Below, one piece after another: positions 1-7,645 of a stretch of DNA of 36,713 nt. Within the stretch, counting starts at the first letter, position 1; every line of letters begins with the position of its first letter. The DNA lies in NCBI GenBank assembly GCA_043754535.1, contig JAYUUN010000072.1, positions 1 through 36,713 on the forward strand, in the 5' to 3' direction. The notes beneath the pieces were generated by a model. That model searched no databases and was not told the DNA's origin. It saw only the letters and a list, made by a program, of their open reading frames with translations. A program made the position numbers and the translations under genes. Source of the stretch: Chloroflexota bacterium. GTDB lineage: Bacteria; Chloroflexota; Chloroflexia; QHBQ01.

Positions 1-519
1 CGACATCCAGTTCCTGGCTTGCCGCAACATCGTTAACGGCGCGAACGGCCTGTTCCGCCCCAACGACAGCACCAAGCGTGGTGAGTTTGCCAAGATCGCC
101 GTCCTCGGCTTCGGCATTGCCGCCTTCACCCCGACCAGCCCGACCTTCGTGGACGTAGCTGCCAATAGTATCTTCTACAGTTACATCGAAGCTGCCGCTC
201 ATGCTGGGGTCGTCAACGGCCTGACCGCCAGCCAGTGCGCGGCCCTCGGTGCGCCCGGCACCTGCTACGGCCCCAACGTCAGCATCAGCAGAGCGCAGGT
301 GGCGGTGATCGTCCAGCGGGCGAAGGGCTACAGCCTCTTTACCCCGACCATTGCTACCTTCAGCGACGTGCCAGCGGGCAGCTTCGGCTACTCAGCGATT
401 GAGACGCTGGCCCACAACAACATCATCAGCGGCGCAGCTTGCGGCACCAGCCTCTGCTTCCGCCCCAACGACAACATCAAGCGCGGCGAGTTGAGCAAGG
501 TTGTGCGCCGCGCCATCGA
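1..519 (+). repeat. Dispersed SLH cassette repeat, copy 1 (copy 2 at ~35809-36336)
   Basis: Colinear with copy 2, including an identical 44-nt run aacggcgcgaacggcctgttccgccccaacgacagcaccaagcg. Confidence 0.9.
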
Positions 520-532
520 AACCGCCCCGTAG
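2..532 (+). CDS. 5'-truncated S-layer homology (SLH) domain protein, C-terminal triple-SLH anchor
   Basis: Frame open from base 2 (DIQFLACRNIVNGANGLFRPNDSTKRGEFAKI...) to TAG at 530-532. Three SLH-like units (FRPNDSTKRGE, YGPNVSISRAQ, FRPNDNIKRGE); FxDV motifs precede the second and third. Confidence 0.88.
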   Translation, partial: DIQFLACRNIVNGANGLFRPNDSTKRGEFAKIAVLGFGIAAFTPTSPTFVDVAANSIFYSYIEAAAHAGVVNGLTASQCAALGAPGTCYGPNVSISRAQVAVIVQRAKGYSLFTPTIATFSDVPAGSFGYSAIETLAHNNIISGAACGTSLCFRPNDNIKRGELSKVVRRAIETAP

Positions 533-555
533 GCCAGACAGTCAGCTTAGCTAGT

Positions 556-593
556 GAAGCCCCCGCTCTTACCAGAGATGGGGGCTTCTCTTT
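556..593 (+). terminator. Intrinsic terminator
   Basis: GAAGCCCCC...GGGGGCTTC stem followed by TCTTT, 24 nt after the SLH gene stop. Confidence 0.75.
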
Positions 594-682
594 GGGGGCA
601 GGCAACCTGCCAGCATTTTCGCTCCAATCCGCTGCCTGCTGCAACCTGCCACAGCCACGGCCACCAGCCCCATAGCAAAAGG

Positions 683-691
683 TGATATAAT
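683..691 (+). promoter_or_regulatory. Extended -10 promoter element
   Basis: TGATATAAT about 108 nt upstream of ATG 799. Confidence 0.6.
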
Positions 692-798
692 CTAGGGTAG
701 GGATATAAGCCAGCCAGATGCAACCGCACGGTTCGCCAGTACGTTACATTAGCAGGCGCACCCTCAAGCACCAGAGGTTTGTAGAGAAAGGGATTATT

Positions 799-2211
799 AT
801 GCAAGAACAACGATTGCGGTGGGCTGGGCTGCTGATCATCAGCATGATGCTGGTTGGTACGCTCGGTTGGGCGCAGGGAACAGCGGCGCAGGAGAACAGC
901 GTCACCTTCCCACAGACCGGCAAGACGCTACGGGGCGGCTTCCTCAGCTACTGGCAGACCCATGGTGGCCTCGCCCAGCAGGGCTACCCGATCACCGACG
1001 AGTTCCCAGAGCAGAACCTGACCAACGGCCAGACCTACACCACCCAGTATTTCGAGCGGTCACGCTTCGAGTTCCACCCAGAGAACCAGGACCCCAACCG
1101 GGTGCTGCTCGGCTTGCTGGGCAAGGAGAGCTACCAGGCCCGCTACGCTAACGGCGTAGTCAACCCCAGCCCGCCGGTCGTCCCTGGCGGCGGTAGCCTC
1201 GCCTTCCCGCAGACCGGCCACAGCGTCACCGGCCTGTTCCTCAGCTACTGGCAGACGCGGGGCGGCCTGGCGCAGCAAGGCTACCCGATCACCGATGCGT
1301 TCTTCGAGGTCAGCCAGACTAATGGCAACACCTACCTCACCCAATACTTTGAGCGCGCCCGCTTCGAGTACCACCCAGAGCAGGCCAGCACTGGCTCCCG
1401 CGTGCTGCTTGGCTTGCTGGGCAACGAGGCTTACCAGCGGCGTAGGGGCGGCGGCAATCCGACCCTGACTGCTACGCCGCAGCCCGGCCCGACCAACACC
1501 GCAACCACTCAGCGGATCACCCAGGTGACAGCCCAGGGTAGCATTGGTGGTGGCTCTACCCGCTCGGTCTCGGCAGTATGCCCTGGCAACAGCCTGGTGC
1601 TAGGCGGCGGCTGGGATGCTGGCGGCATCGTCGAAATCTACGCTAGCCTGAAGCAGGAGAATAGCTGGCGGGTCTCGGCCCGCAATATCGGCAGCGGCGG
1701 CGACCAGGTGACTGCCTACGCCTACTGCTTGAGCGGCACCAGCGGTAGTGTCAGCCAGGAGGAGGCAGGCAGCAACGTGGCGAGCGGAGCGACGGGGCGG
1801 GCCTTCGTCGGCTGCGGCAATGGCGTGTTGACTGGCGGTGGCTTCAGCAAAGACCTTGGCATCAACGTCAACCAGGCTGGCCCAGCACGGGACGGCTGGT
1901 TGGTCTCTGGCCGCAACAACCAGAGCGGTAGCCTCAAACTGACTGGCTATGCCATCTGCCTGAGCGGGGTCGCCAACCTGAACGTCAACCTGGTTGACGA
2001 GCAGATCAGCATCGGAGGGCGCGGCAACAGTGGCACCACTGCCCGCTGCCCCGATGGTAGCAGTATTAGTGGAGGCGGCTTTGACACCGACCTGGGGGTG
2101 AACATCTACGCCAGTCGTGGCGAGGGCAACGGCTGGCGCACCGCCGGGGTCAACACCACCAGCGGCAGCGTTGAACTCAATACCCATGCCTTCTGCGTCA
2201 AGCTACCGTAG
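799..2211 (+). CDS. Secreted protein with two Chloroflexi-type cell-surface repeats and three C-terminal Cys-containing beta-rich repeats
   Basis: GAAAGGGA SD before ATG 799 and a signal peptide. Two FPQTG...FLSYWQT.GGLAQQGYPITD...QYFER.RFE.HPE repeats, a P/T linker, then three 'C...GGG(W/F)...W...N...A.C' units. Confidence 0.85.
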   Translation: MQEQRLRWAGLLIISMMLVGTLGWAQGTAAQENSVTFPQTGKTLRGGFLSYWQTHGGLAQQGYPITDEFPEQNLTNGQTYTTQYFERSRFEFHPENQDPNRVLLGLLGKESYQARYANGVVNPSPPVVPGGGSLAFPQTGHSVTGLFLSYWQTRGGLAQQGYPITDAFFEVSQTNGNTYLTQYFERARFEYHPEQASTGSRVLLGLLGNEAYQRRRGGGNPTLTATPQPGPTNTATTQRITQVTAQGSIGGGSTRSVSAVCPGNSLVLGGGWDAGGIVEIYASLKQENSWRVSARNIGSGGDQVTAYAYCLSGTSGSVSQEEAGSNVASGATGRAFVGCGNGVLTGGGFSKDLGINVNQAGPARDGWLVSGRNNQSGSLKLTGYAICLSGVANLNVNLVDEQISIGGRGNSGTTARCPDGSSISGGGFDTDLGVNIYASRGEGNGWRTAGVNTTSGSVELNTHAFCVKLP

Positions 2212-2238
2212 CTAGCGAGCCTGCCCACAAGCTACACA

Positions 2239-2281
2239 GCCGCCCGCCCCTGCCGCAAGGTTGAGGGTGGGCGGCCTCTTT
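2239..2281 (+). terminator. Probable intrinsic terminator
   Basis: GCCGCCCGCCC...GGGTGGGCGGC stem followed by CTCTTT. Confidence 0.65.
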
Positions 2282-2338
2282 GCCCGCTAACAGGCCAGCT
2301 TGCGGCATCGCAATGTAAAGAAGTTAACTTGCCAATGC

Positions 2339-2367
2339 GAAACCTAAAGGCTCCCTTGTTCGTCTAA
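2339..2367 (+). promoter_or_regulatory. Putative ECF-sigma promoter of cvpA
   Basis: GAAAC-N17-CGTCTAA, matching the AAC/CGT consensus of SigW/SigM-type ECF promoters. Confidence 0.5.
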
Positions 2368-2417
2368 TAGGAGGGGCAAACAAAACTGCCCTAAATTACA
2401 AAGCAGATGGTAAAAAC

Positions 2418-2915
2418 ATGAACTGGTTTGACTTCACGATCATCTTCGGCGCACTCGTCTCCACCCTGGCGGGCATCTACTGGGGCTTCATTCGGCAGGC
2501 GATCACCCTGGCCGGGCTGGTCCTGGCGATCTGGCTGGCGGCGCACTTCAACACCCAGGTCGCAGGTATCTTCTTCTTTGTTAGCGATGAGCAAGGGCGC
2601 AAGGTAGCCGCCTTCCTGCTGATCCTGATCGGGGTCAGCGGCCTGATCGGGGTGGCGGCCAGTGTCGCACACACCACCGTTGGCCTCCTGTTCCTCGGCC
2701 TGTTCGATCACATCGCCGGTTCACTACTTGGCTTCGTCCAGTTCCTGGTGCTGATTACGGCGGTGATCATCGGCGGCACCATCTTCCAGGTTCCCTGGTT
2801 GAGCGAGGCGGTCAGCCACTCACTGATCGCGGGCTGGATTACACAACCACTCGGCTTCGTGGCGGGCCTGTTCCCCCCAGAGTTGGGTGGCCTCTGGCAG
2901 CAGTTCCGCTCCTAA
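2418..2915 (+). CDS. cvpA: CvpA family (colicin V production) membrane protein
   Basis: N-terminal MNWFD..I...G...GFIRQ motif, four hydrophobic helices, and FDHIAGSLLG matching the 'DR.LG..FG' motif. Confidence 0.88.
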   Translation: MNWFDFTIIFGALVSTLAGIYWGFIRQAITLAGLVLAIWLAAHFNTQVAGIFFFVSDEQGRKVAAFLLILIGVSGLIGVAASVAHTTVGLLFLGLFDHIAGSLLGFVQFLVLITAVIIGGTIFQVPWLSEAVSHSLIAGWITQPLGFVAGLFPPELGGLWQQFRS

Positions 2916-2949
2916 GCGGCCAGCCCCAGCTACCAGTACGGGCATAAGG

Positions 2950-3896
2950 TCAGTGGGCGGCTGCGTCCGCTGTGGGCTTGAACATCATTATGTCTCCTTT
3001 GTAGGGGCGGAAGCCAACGCTCTCGTAAAGCGGCATTGCCTGGGCGTTCTTGCCCTCCACGCCAAGCTCCACTACGTCCACCGACTGGCGCAGGTATTGC
3101 ACAGCAGAGCGCGGCCCAGCCCCTTGCCTTGATGGGCTGGCACAACCCCCAAGTCCTCGATCCAGCCAACGCGCATACCCCGCCGCTCGATCTCGGCGGG
3201 GTTGATCACAGTGTAGCACACCCCTACTACCTCCTCAGCGTGAGAGGCGAAGAACACCCCTTGCGGGTTGAAGGTCGGCCCTTCACTCAGGTAGACGATC
3301 TCTGCCAGCAGCACGTCCTCGTGCCAGTGGTGCTGGGCAAAGGCGGCGTTGACCGTGCGCCAGTAAGTCTCCACGTCCTGTCCCGACACGAAGGTGCGGA
3401 TCGTGTAGCCAGCAGGGATACGCGGTTTGGCTAGTGCCACTTCGGCGGCTAGCCGCATCTCCCAGCCATAGCGGTCGAACTGGAAGCCGTGCTTCTGGTA
3501 GAACTCGACCGCCAGCGTCGCCCGCTGGTCGGGTGAGGTACGCCACACCTTTGCGTCAACAACAAAGCGACTGAGCCGCTCGTACAGCGTGCTAGCCACC
3601 CCCTGGTTGCGGTAGGCGGGCAGCACGTGCAGGCGCAGCCAGGCTGCCTCACCACCATAAGCCAGGCCGTAGCCGACCATCTTCTCCTCGCTGCCATCCT
3701 CATTGTAGCGCAAGGCTAGCAGGCGGGTAGCAGTCGCCCGATCAGGGTTGTGCCAGACTCGTGTCCACTCCTCAACTGTGATACTCATCTCCATCGGCTC
3801 AAGCCTGTCAAGCTCATTGTAGAAGGCGACAAGGGTAGGGATGTCGCGCTCCTCCATCTCGCGGATCATGTAATCCAGCGTGGTCATCTTCATCAC
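2950..3896 (-). pseudogene. Double-GNAT (MshD-like) acetyltransferase, frameshifted near 3101
   Basis: ORF 3072..3896 matches the neighbouring GNAT up to GLGRALL. The remainder (VQYLRQSVDVVELGVEGKN...LYESVGF) is in another frame ending at 2950. Either a real lesion or an assembly error. Confidence 0.75.
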
Positions 3897-4902
3897 TCCC
3901 CATCTTCTTCCTCATGTTCACCCAGCCGTTGTGCTGCTGGAAGCCCACCCCAGTGTACAGCGGTAGGGCGCGCTCGTTCTTGCCCTCTACGCCAAGCTCC
4001 ACCACGTCGCACTCTTGCCGCAGGTAGGCTATGCCAGTGAGTAGTAGGGAGCGGCCCAGCCCAGCCCGACGGTGATTGGGCATTACGCCGAGGTGTTCGA
4101 TCCAGCCGATCTTTGCACCACGCCGCTGCCACTCCTCGCGGTTGATCGCCGACCAGCAGTAGCCCGCAACCTCGCCAGCCCCATCGGAGGCGAAGAACAA
4201 GCCTTCTGGCTGAAACCAGGATAGCTCAACCGTGTGCTGCATCTCCTCGGTGGTGCGCGGGGTGCTGCCGAAGTGGTCAGCGAAGGTCTCGTTACGTACC
4301 AGGCGGAATAGTTCCAAATCTTGGGCTGGCTGGTAAGTTCGGACGGTGTAGCCTGCTGGCAGGGTTGCTGGATCGACGGCTACGCCCGCTGGCAAGCGCA
4401 TCTGCCAGAAGTAGCGGTCGAAGGTGAAGCCCCGCCGCTCAAGGAACTGCTGCTTCAGCTTGTGCGCTGTGTTGCCGCCCATGTAGATGGCGGTGCAATT
4501 GCTGGCTCCCGCAATCTGCACAACCATGTCGTAGAGGTAGCTGCCTACGCCCTTGTTGCGGTAGTCAGGGTGAATCTGAAGGTTAGTCCAGGCGATCCTC
4601 TCGCCCGGCTTCTCCCGTGGCTCAAACTCCAAATCACCGATCAACTCGCCCTCGCTGCCGTCGGGGGCGATGGCATGAACGAGCAACCAGGTATTCTTCT
4701 CGCGGCGCGGGGCTGCCCACCACTCCTCCAACTGGCTGAGGCTGCTGGTCGTGGTTTCACCATCCATACCTGGTTCGCGGGTGGTCAGCAGGTTGTAGAA
4801 ATCGTTGACCGCGGTCAAGTCGCGCTCCGCAGCAGGGCGGATCGTGTAGCTGAAGTGAGCGGTGTCCACTCGCTGGCTAGCAGTCACGTTGCTAGCAGTC
4901 AT
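3814..4902 (-). CDS. Double-GNAT (MshD/mycothiol synthase-like) N-acetyltransferase
   Basis: Two acetyl-CoA motifs (IHPDYRNKGVG; VMPNHRRAGLGR) and N..ALPLY..VGF. AAGGAGG SD before ATG 4902. Confidence 0.88.
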   Translation of the reverse strand: MTASNVTASQRVDTAHFSYTIRPAAERDLTAVNDFYNLLTTREPGMDGETTTSSLSQLEEWWAAPRREKNTWLLVHAIAPDGSEGELIGDLEFEPREKPGERIAWTNLQIHPDYRNKGVGSYLYDMVVQIAGASNCTAIYMGGNTAHKLKQQFLERRGFTFDRYFWQMRLPAGVAVDPATLPAGYTVRTYQPAQDLELFRLVRNETFADHFGSTPRTTEEMQHTVELSWFQPEGLFFASDGAGEVAGYCWSAINREEWQRRGAKIGWIEHLGVMPNHRRAGLGRSLLLTGIAYLRQECDVVELGVEGKNERALPLYTGVGFQQHNGWVNMRKKMGSDEDDHAGLHDPRDGGARHPYPCRLLQ

Positions 4903-5864
4903 TAGTTAGCCTCCTTAAAGTTCTTGATCATCGCCAGGGTAGTTTCGTGTTGCTGAAAGCCGATGCTCTCGTAGAGCCGCACAGCAGTGGCGTTCTCGCC
5001 GTCCACGTGGAGGTCGATCGCGGAGCAACCGCGCTGGCGCAAGTAGTGGCAACCTGCCAACAGCAGGGCGCGGCCCAGGCCAACCCGGCGGTGGGCTGCC
5101 AGCACACCCAGGTTGGCAATCATGCCGTCGCCGCCCAGCGCAGGGTTATCTTCGTTGGTGAAGACTAGGGTTTCACAATAACCAACCGCTACCCCCTCCT
5201 GCTCAGCAAAGAAGAACCCAGCCATCTCGTGGGTGGGATCGTTGAGCATCTGCTCAATCTCGGCGGCAGAGAGGGTATGCTGCCCAAAGCCGCTGGCGAA
5301 CACCTCGCTGTCAAGCCGCTGCCACAGGGCCTCATCCTGCCCGCGCACGTAGGTACGGAGTGTGTAGCCGTCGGGTAGCTGCATTGGTGGCAGGGAGGCA
5401 GCCGCTGGCAGGCGCAGGTTCCAGAAGTAGCGGCTGAACTGGTAGCCGCGTTCGCGCACGAAGTCTTGCAGCCAGACGTTCTGCTGCCTGGGGGTAAAGG
5501 TCAGGTTGGCTAGCTGCTGCTCAAGCGCAATCGCTTCAGCCCGTTCGTAGAGGTCGGCGGCAAGCGTGACGCGGTAGGCGGGTAGCACAGAGAGGCTGCC
5601 CCAACTTGCCAGATCGTCACCGCTGTGGGCTACCCCAGTAATACCGATGATCTCACCTTCGCTGCCGTCAGGCTGGGTGGCGAGCGCAACCGGTATTGCC
5701 CAAAAGTCTCGCGGCTGGTTGAACCAGGTGGTCAGGTAGGCCAGGCTGCGGGTGGGATTATACGGCTCGGCGGCGTGTAGGGCAGCGTGGTAGGCAACCA
5801 GGGTGGGCAGATCAGCCTCGGTCAGAGGGCGGATGATGTGGGATGGCTGGTTTGGAATTGACAA
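4902..5864 (-). CDS. Double-GNAT (MshD-like) N-acetyltransferase
   Basis: TTG start at 5864, 7 nt after AGGAGG. C-terminal domain has LGVLAAHRRVGLGR and VDGENATAVRLYESIGF; the N-domain motif A is degenerate. Confidence 0.85.
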   Translation of the reverse strand: MSIPNQPSHIIRPLTEADLPTLVAYHAALHAAEPYNPTRSLAYLTTWFNQPRDFWAIPVALATQPDGSEGEIIGITGVAHSGDDLASWGSLSVLPAYRVTLAADLYERAEAIALEQQLANLTFTPRQQNVWLQDFVRERGYQFSRYFWNLRLPAAASLPPMQLPDGYTLRTYVRGQDEALWQRLDSEVFASGFGQHTLSAAEIEQMLNDPTHEMAGFFFAEQEGVAVGYCETLVFTNEDNPALGGDGMIANLGVLAAHRRVGLGRALLLAGCHYLRQRGCSAIDLHVDGENATAVRLYESIGFQQHETTLAMIKNFKEAN

Positions 5865-5881
5865 TTCAAATCCTCCTGAGC

Positions 5882-5912
5882 AAAAAGAGAGGGCGGCAAG
5901 TTGCGCGCCCCT
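5882..5912 (-). terminator. Terminator-like hairpin directly before the GNAT ribosome-binding site
   Basis: AGGGGCG-C-GCA-ACT-TGC-CGCCCT followed by CTCTTTTT on the minus strand. Confidence 0.4.
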
Positions 5913-6074
5913 GAGAAAATGTGTTAGCTGTGGTAGCAGGAACACGGGCAGGCCGCCTCCACTTGCGGGCAGTGGAGGCTAAGATAAAGAATGGCGGATG
6001 ATTGCGGCACGGCTGCGTTCCTGCATGGTGTGACCCCGCTGGGGAGCAGGCGGCTGCCCGCTCCACAACGGCGA

Positions 6075-6299
6075 TCAATACTTTAGTTGCCAGAGTTCGA
6101 GGGTGTTGGCCCGTTCGCGGTCGAGCCGACGGGCGATCTGTTCGCGGCGGAAGTTGCGCTCCTGTGGGTCAACCTGCTCTGGGGTTGGCTCCAGGTGACG
6201 AGTTGCGTCGGCACGCATCCCGATTTCGATGTGGAAGCGGATGTAGAGCCGACGGCGGGGCTGGTTCTGTAGCTCGTCGCGGTTGATGGTCGCTTGCAT
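6075..6299 (-). CDS. Small hypothetical protein (74 aa, charged, predicted helical C-terminus)
   Basis: AAGGAG SD upstream of ATG 6299 (MQATINRDEL...ELWQLKY). GC-rich third codon positions like the neighbouring genes. Confidence 0.65.
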   Translation of the reverse strand: MQATINRDELQNQPRRRLYIRFHIEIGMRADATRHLEPTPEQVDPQERNFRREQIARRLDRERANTLELWQLKY

Positions 6300-6382
6300 C
6301 GCGGGGTGGTCTCCTTGTGTCACTTTACTGCACTTGACAATCCGACTGCGCCGCCCCAACCAACATCTAGCGTTTGCGGGGC

Positions 6383-6430
6383 AAAATAAAACCGTGAGCG
6401 GCGAGTTTTGCACTCATGCCGCTCACGGTT
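6383..6430 (-). terminator. Strong intrinsic terminator / attenuator downstream of the leader ORF
   Basis: Perfect 13-bp stem AACCGTGAGCGGC/GCCGCTCACGGTT followed by TTATTTT. Confidence 0.85.
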
Positions 6431-6455
6431 CCTCGTAGTCGAGGTTCGACCTTCG

Positions 6456-6704
6456 CTAAGGTCTCCGCCTGATTGGCATAGTACACCTGTTAACATCGAA
6501 GCTGCTAGCGGACGCACCGCTACCACTGCCGTAACCGTTATCGTACTGAGAGACTCCGGCGGCGGGCTGCTGCTTGGCAACCGGGATCGGGGACAGGGTG
6601 ATGGTACTGGGCGGGGTCAGCCCGGCAAGGGCGCAGAGACGCGCAACAAGGCCACTGGTCAGACCAGCGAACCGTTGCATTAGCTCGGTGATGTTATCGT
6701 TCAT
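6456..6704 (-). CDS. Putative leader peptide (82 aa, ends PIRRRP*)
   Basis: Lies between a near-consensus promoter and a terminator, with a purine-rich SD (AAAAGGACAGGTGG) and a low-complexity body. Confidence 0.55.
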   Translation of the reverse strand: MNDNITELMQRFAGLTSGLVARLCALAGLTPPSTITLSPIPVAKQQPAAGVSQYDNGYGSGSGASASSFDVNRCTMPIRRRP

Positions 6705-6776
6705 TCTGCCACCTGTCCTTTCCTAAGATTTGGCTGCCGTAGCCATGTGGCGGCAAGTTCTGCCGCATCTGCCGCT

Positions 6777-6805
6777 ATTCTAGCACTACTCTAACCCTTT
6801 GTCAA
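6777..6805 (-). promoter_or_regulatory. sigma70 promoter of the leader/GNAT region
   Basis: TTGACA-N17-TAGAAT with extended TG. Confidence 0.8.
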
Positions 6806-6973
6806 GGGGTTTGCGCTATCTTCTTCCAAAATCGTCAGCACTCACCGATGCAGGGCGCAACCTGCTCCGACCGCTGTGTGCATTGTAGCACGCTGCACAA
6901 GTCTGCACATCAGTCTAAAGTCGTAGATTACGCTCCATCTTTGGTTGGCAGGTACAGGCTGGCTATAGATGCG

Positions 6974-7447
6974 TCAACCTGCGCTTGCGTCCTTCAGTGG
7001 CATGGTCAACACCTGATGCTGCACCTTGAGGCCAAGCGACTGCCAAAAGGCCAGGCCAGTCGTGTTGCTTGCCAGCACCCCCAGGCGCAGGCTGGTTGCA
7101 CCCTGGGCGGCCAGCGCAGCGAAGGCGGCCAGAGCCAACTCGCGACCCAACCCCTGACCGCGTGCCGCTGGCACGATGTAGAACTCCTCCAGATTGCCTA
7201 TCTTCGCGGCGGGGTCGAACCAGGTACCACTGACCAGGAAGATGACGAAGCCCACTGCTGCACCCTGCTGGCGGGCCAGCCAGTAATGCCACTTGCCCTC
7301 GGCCACATTGCTCTGGATCAGGGCGAACCACTTTTGCAGATCGCCCTCGTCGAAGTTGTGCGGCTCAAGTTCGCGGCTGTAATCACGTAGCATCGCCTCG
7401 GCTACTGGCAGGTCACTGACGGCAAAGGGTTGGATGTCCAGGCTCAA
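6974..7447 (-). CDS. Single-domain GNAT N-acetyltransferase
   Basis: FYIVPAARGQGLGR and N..GLAFWQSLG motifs. AAGGAG SD before TTG. Confidence 0.88.
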   Translation of the reverse strand: MSLDIQPFAVSDLPVAEAMLRDYSRELEPHNFDEGDLQKWFALIQSNVAEGKWHYWLARQQGAAVGFVIFLVSGTWFDPAAKIGNLEEFYIVPAARGQGLGRELALAAFAALAAQGATSLRLGVLASNTTGLAFWQSLGLKVQHQVLTMPLKDASAG

Positions 7448-7598
7448 GCATTGCTCCTTGCATAGTTGTTCCCACTGCTAAGTAGGGACGGAGAATAGAG
7501 GATAGGCGGGGCGGCAGGCTGCGCGCCGACCTACTAATCATAGCAGAGTAGGAGAGGGCCTGGCATCAGCCGATGGTAGTATCTCTTGGCAGGTAAGC

Positions 7599-7625
7599 AA
7601 AAGCCCCCCAGCAAACTGGGAGGCT
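7599..7625 (-). terminator. Intrinsic terminator
   Basis: AGCCTCCCAG-TTTG-CTGGGGGGCT-TTT after the prenyl synthase stop. Confidence 0.75.
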
Positions 7626-7645
7626 AATCTCTCTCGCCGGGCCGC

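Noticed and set aside
1..519. SLH repeat pair as a DGR template/variable repeat or as mobile-element ends
   Set aside because: Differences are not adenine-specific and both copies are coding. There is no reverse transcriptase, transposase or recombinase, and the enclosed genes are ordinary chromosomal genes.
2950..5864. Calling the GNATs mshD
   Set aside because: They share the double-GNAT layout only. Three paralogues and no other mycothiol genes nearby argue against a confident assignment.
6882..6917. TGCTACAAT -10 (minus strand) with CTGCACA repeated at a 10-nt period
   Set aside because: Could be a second regulated promoter for the leader, but there is no good -35 and the repeat is too short to support.
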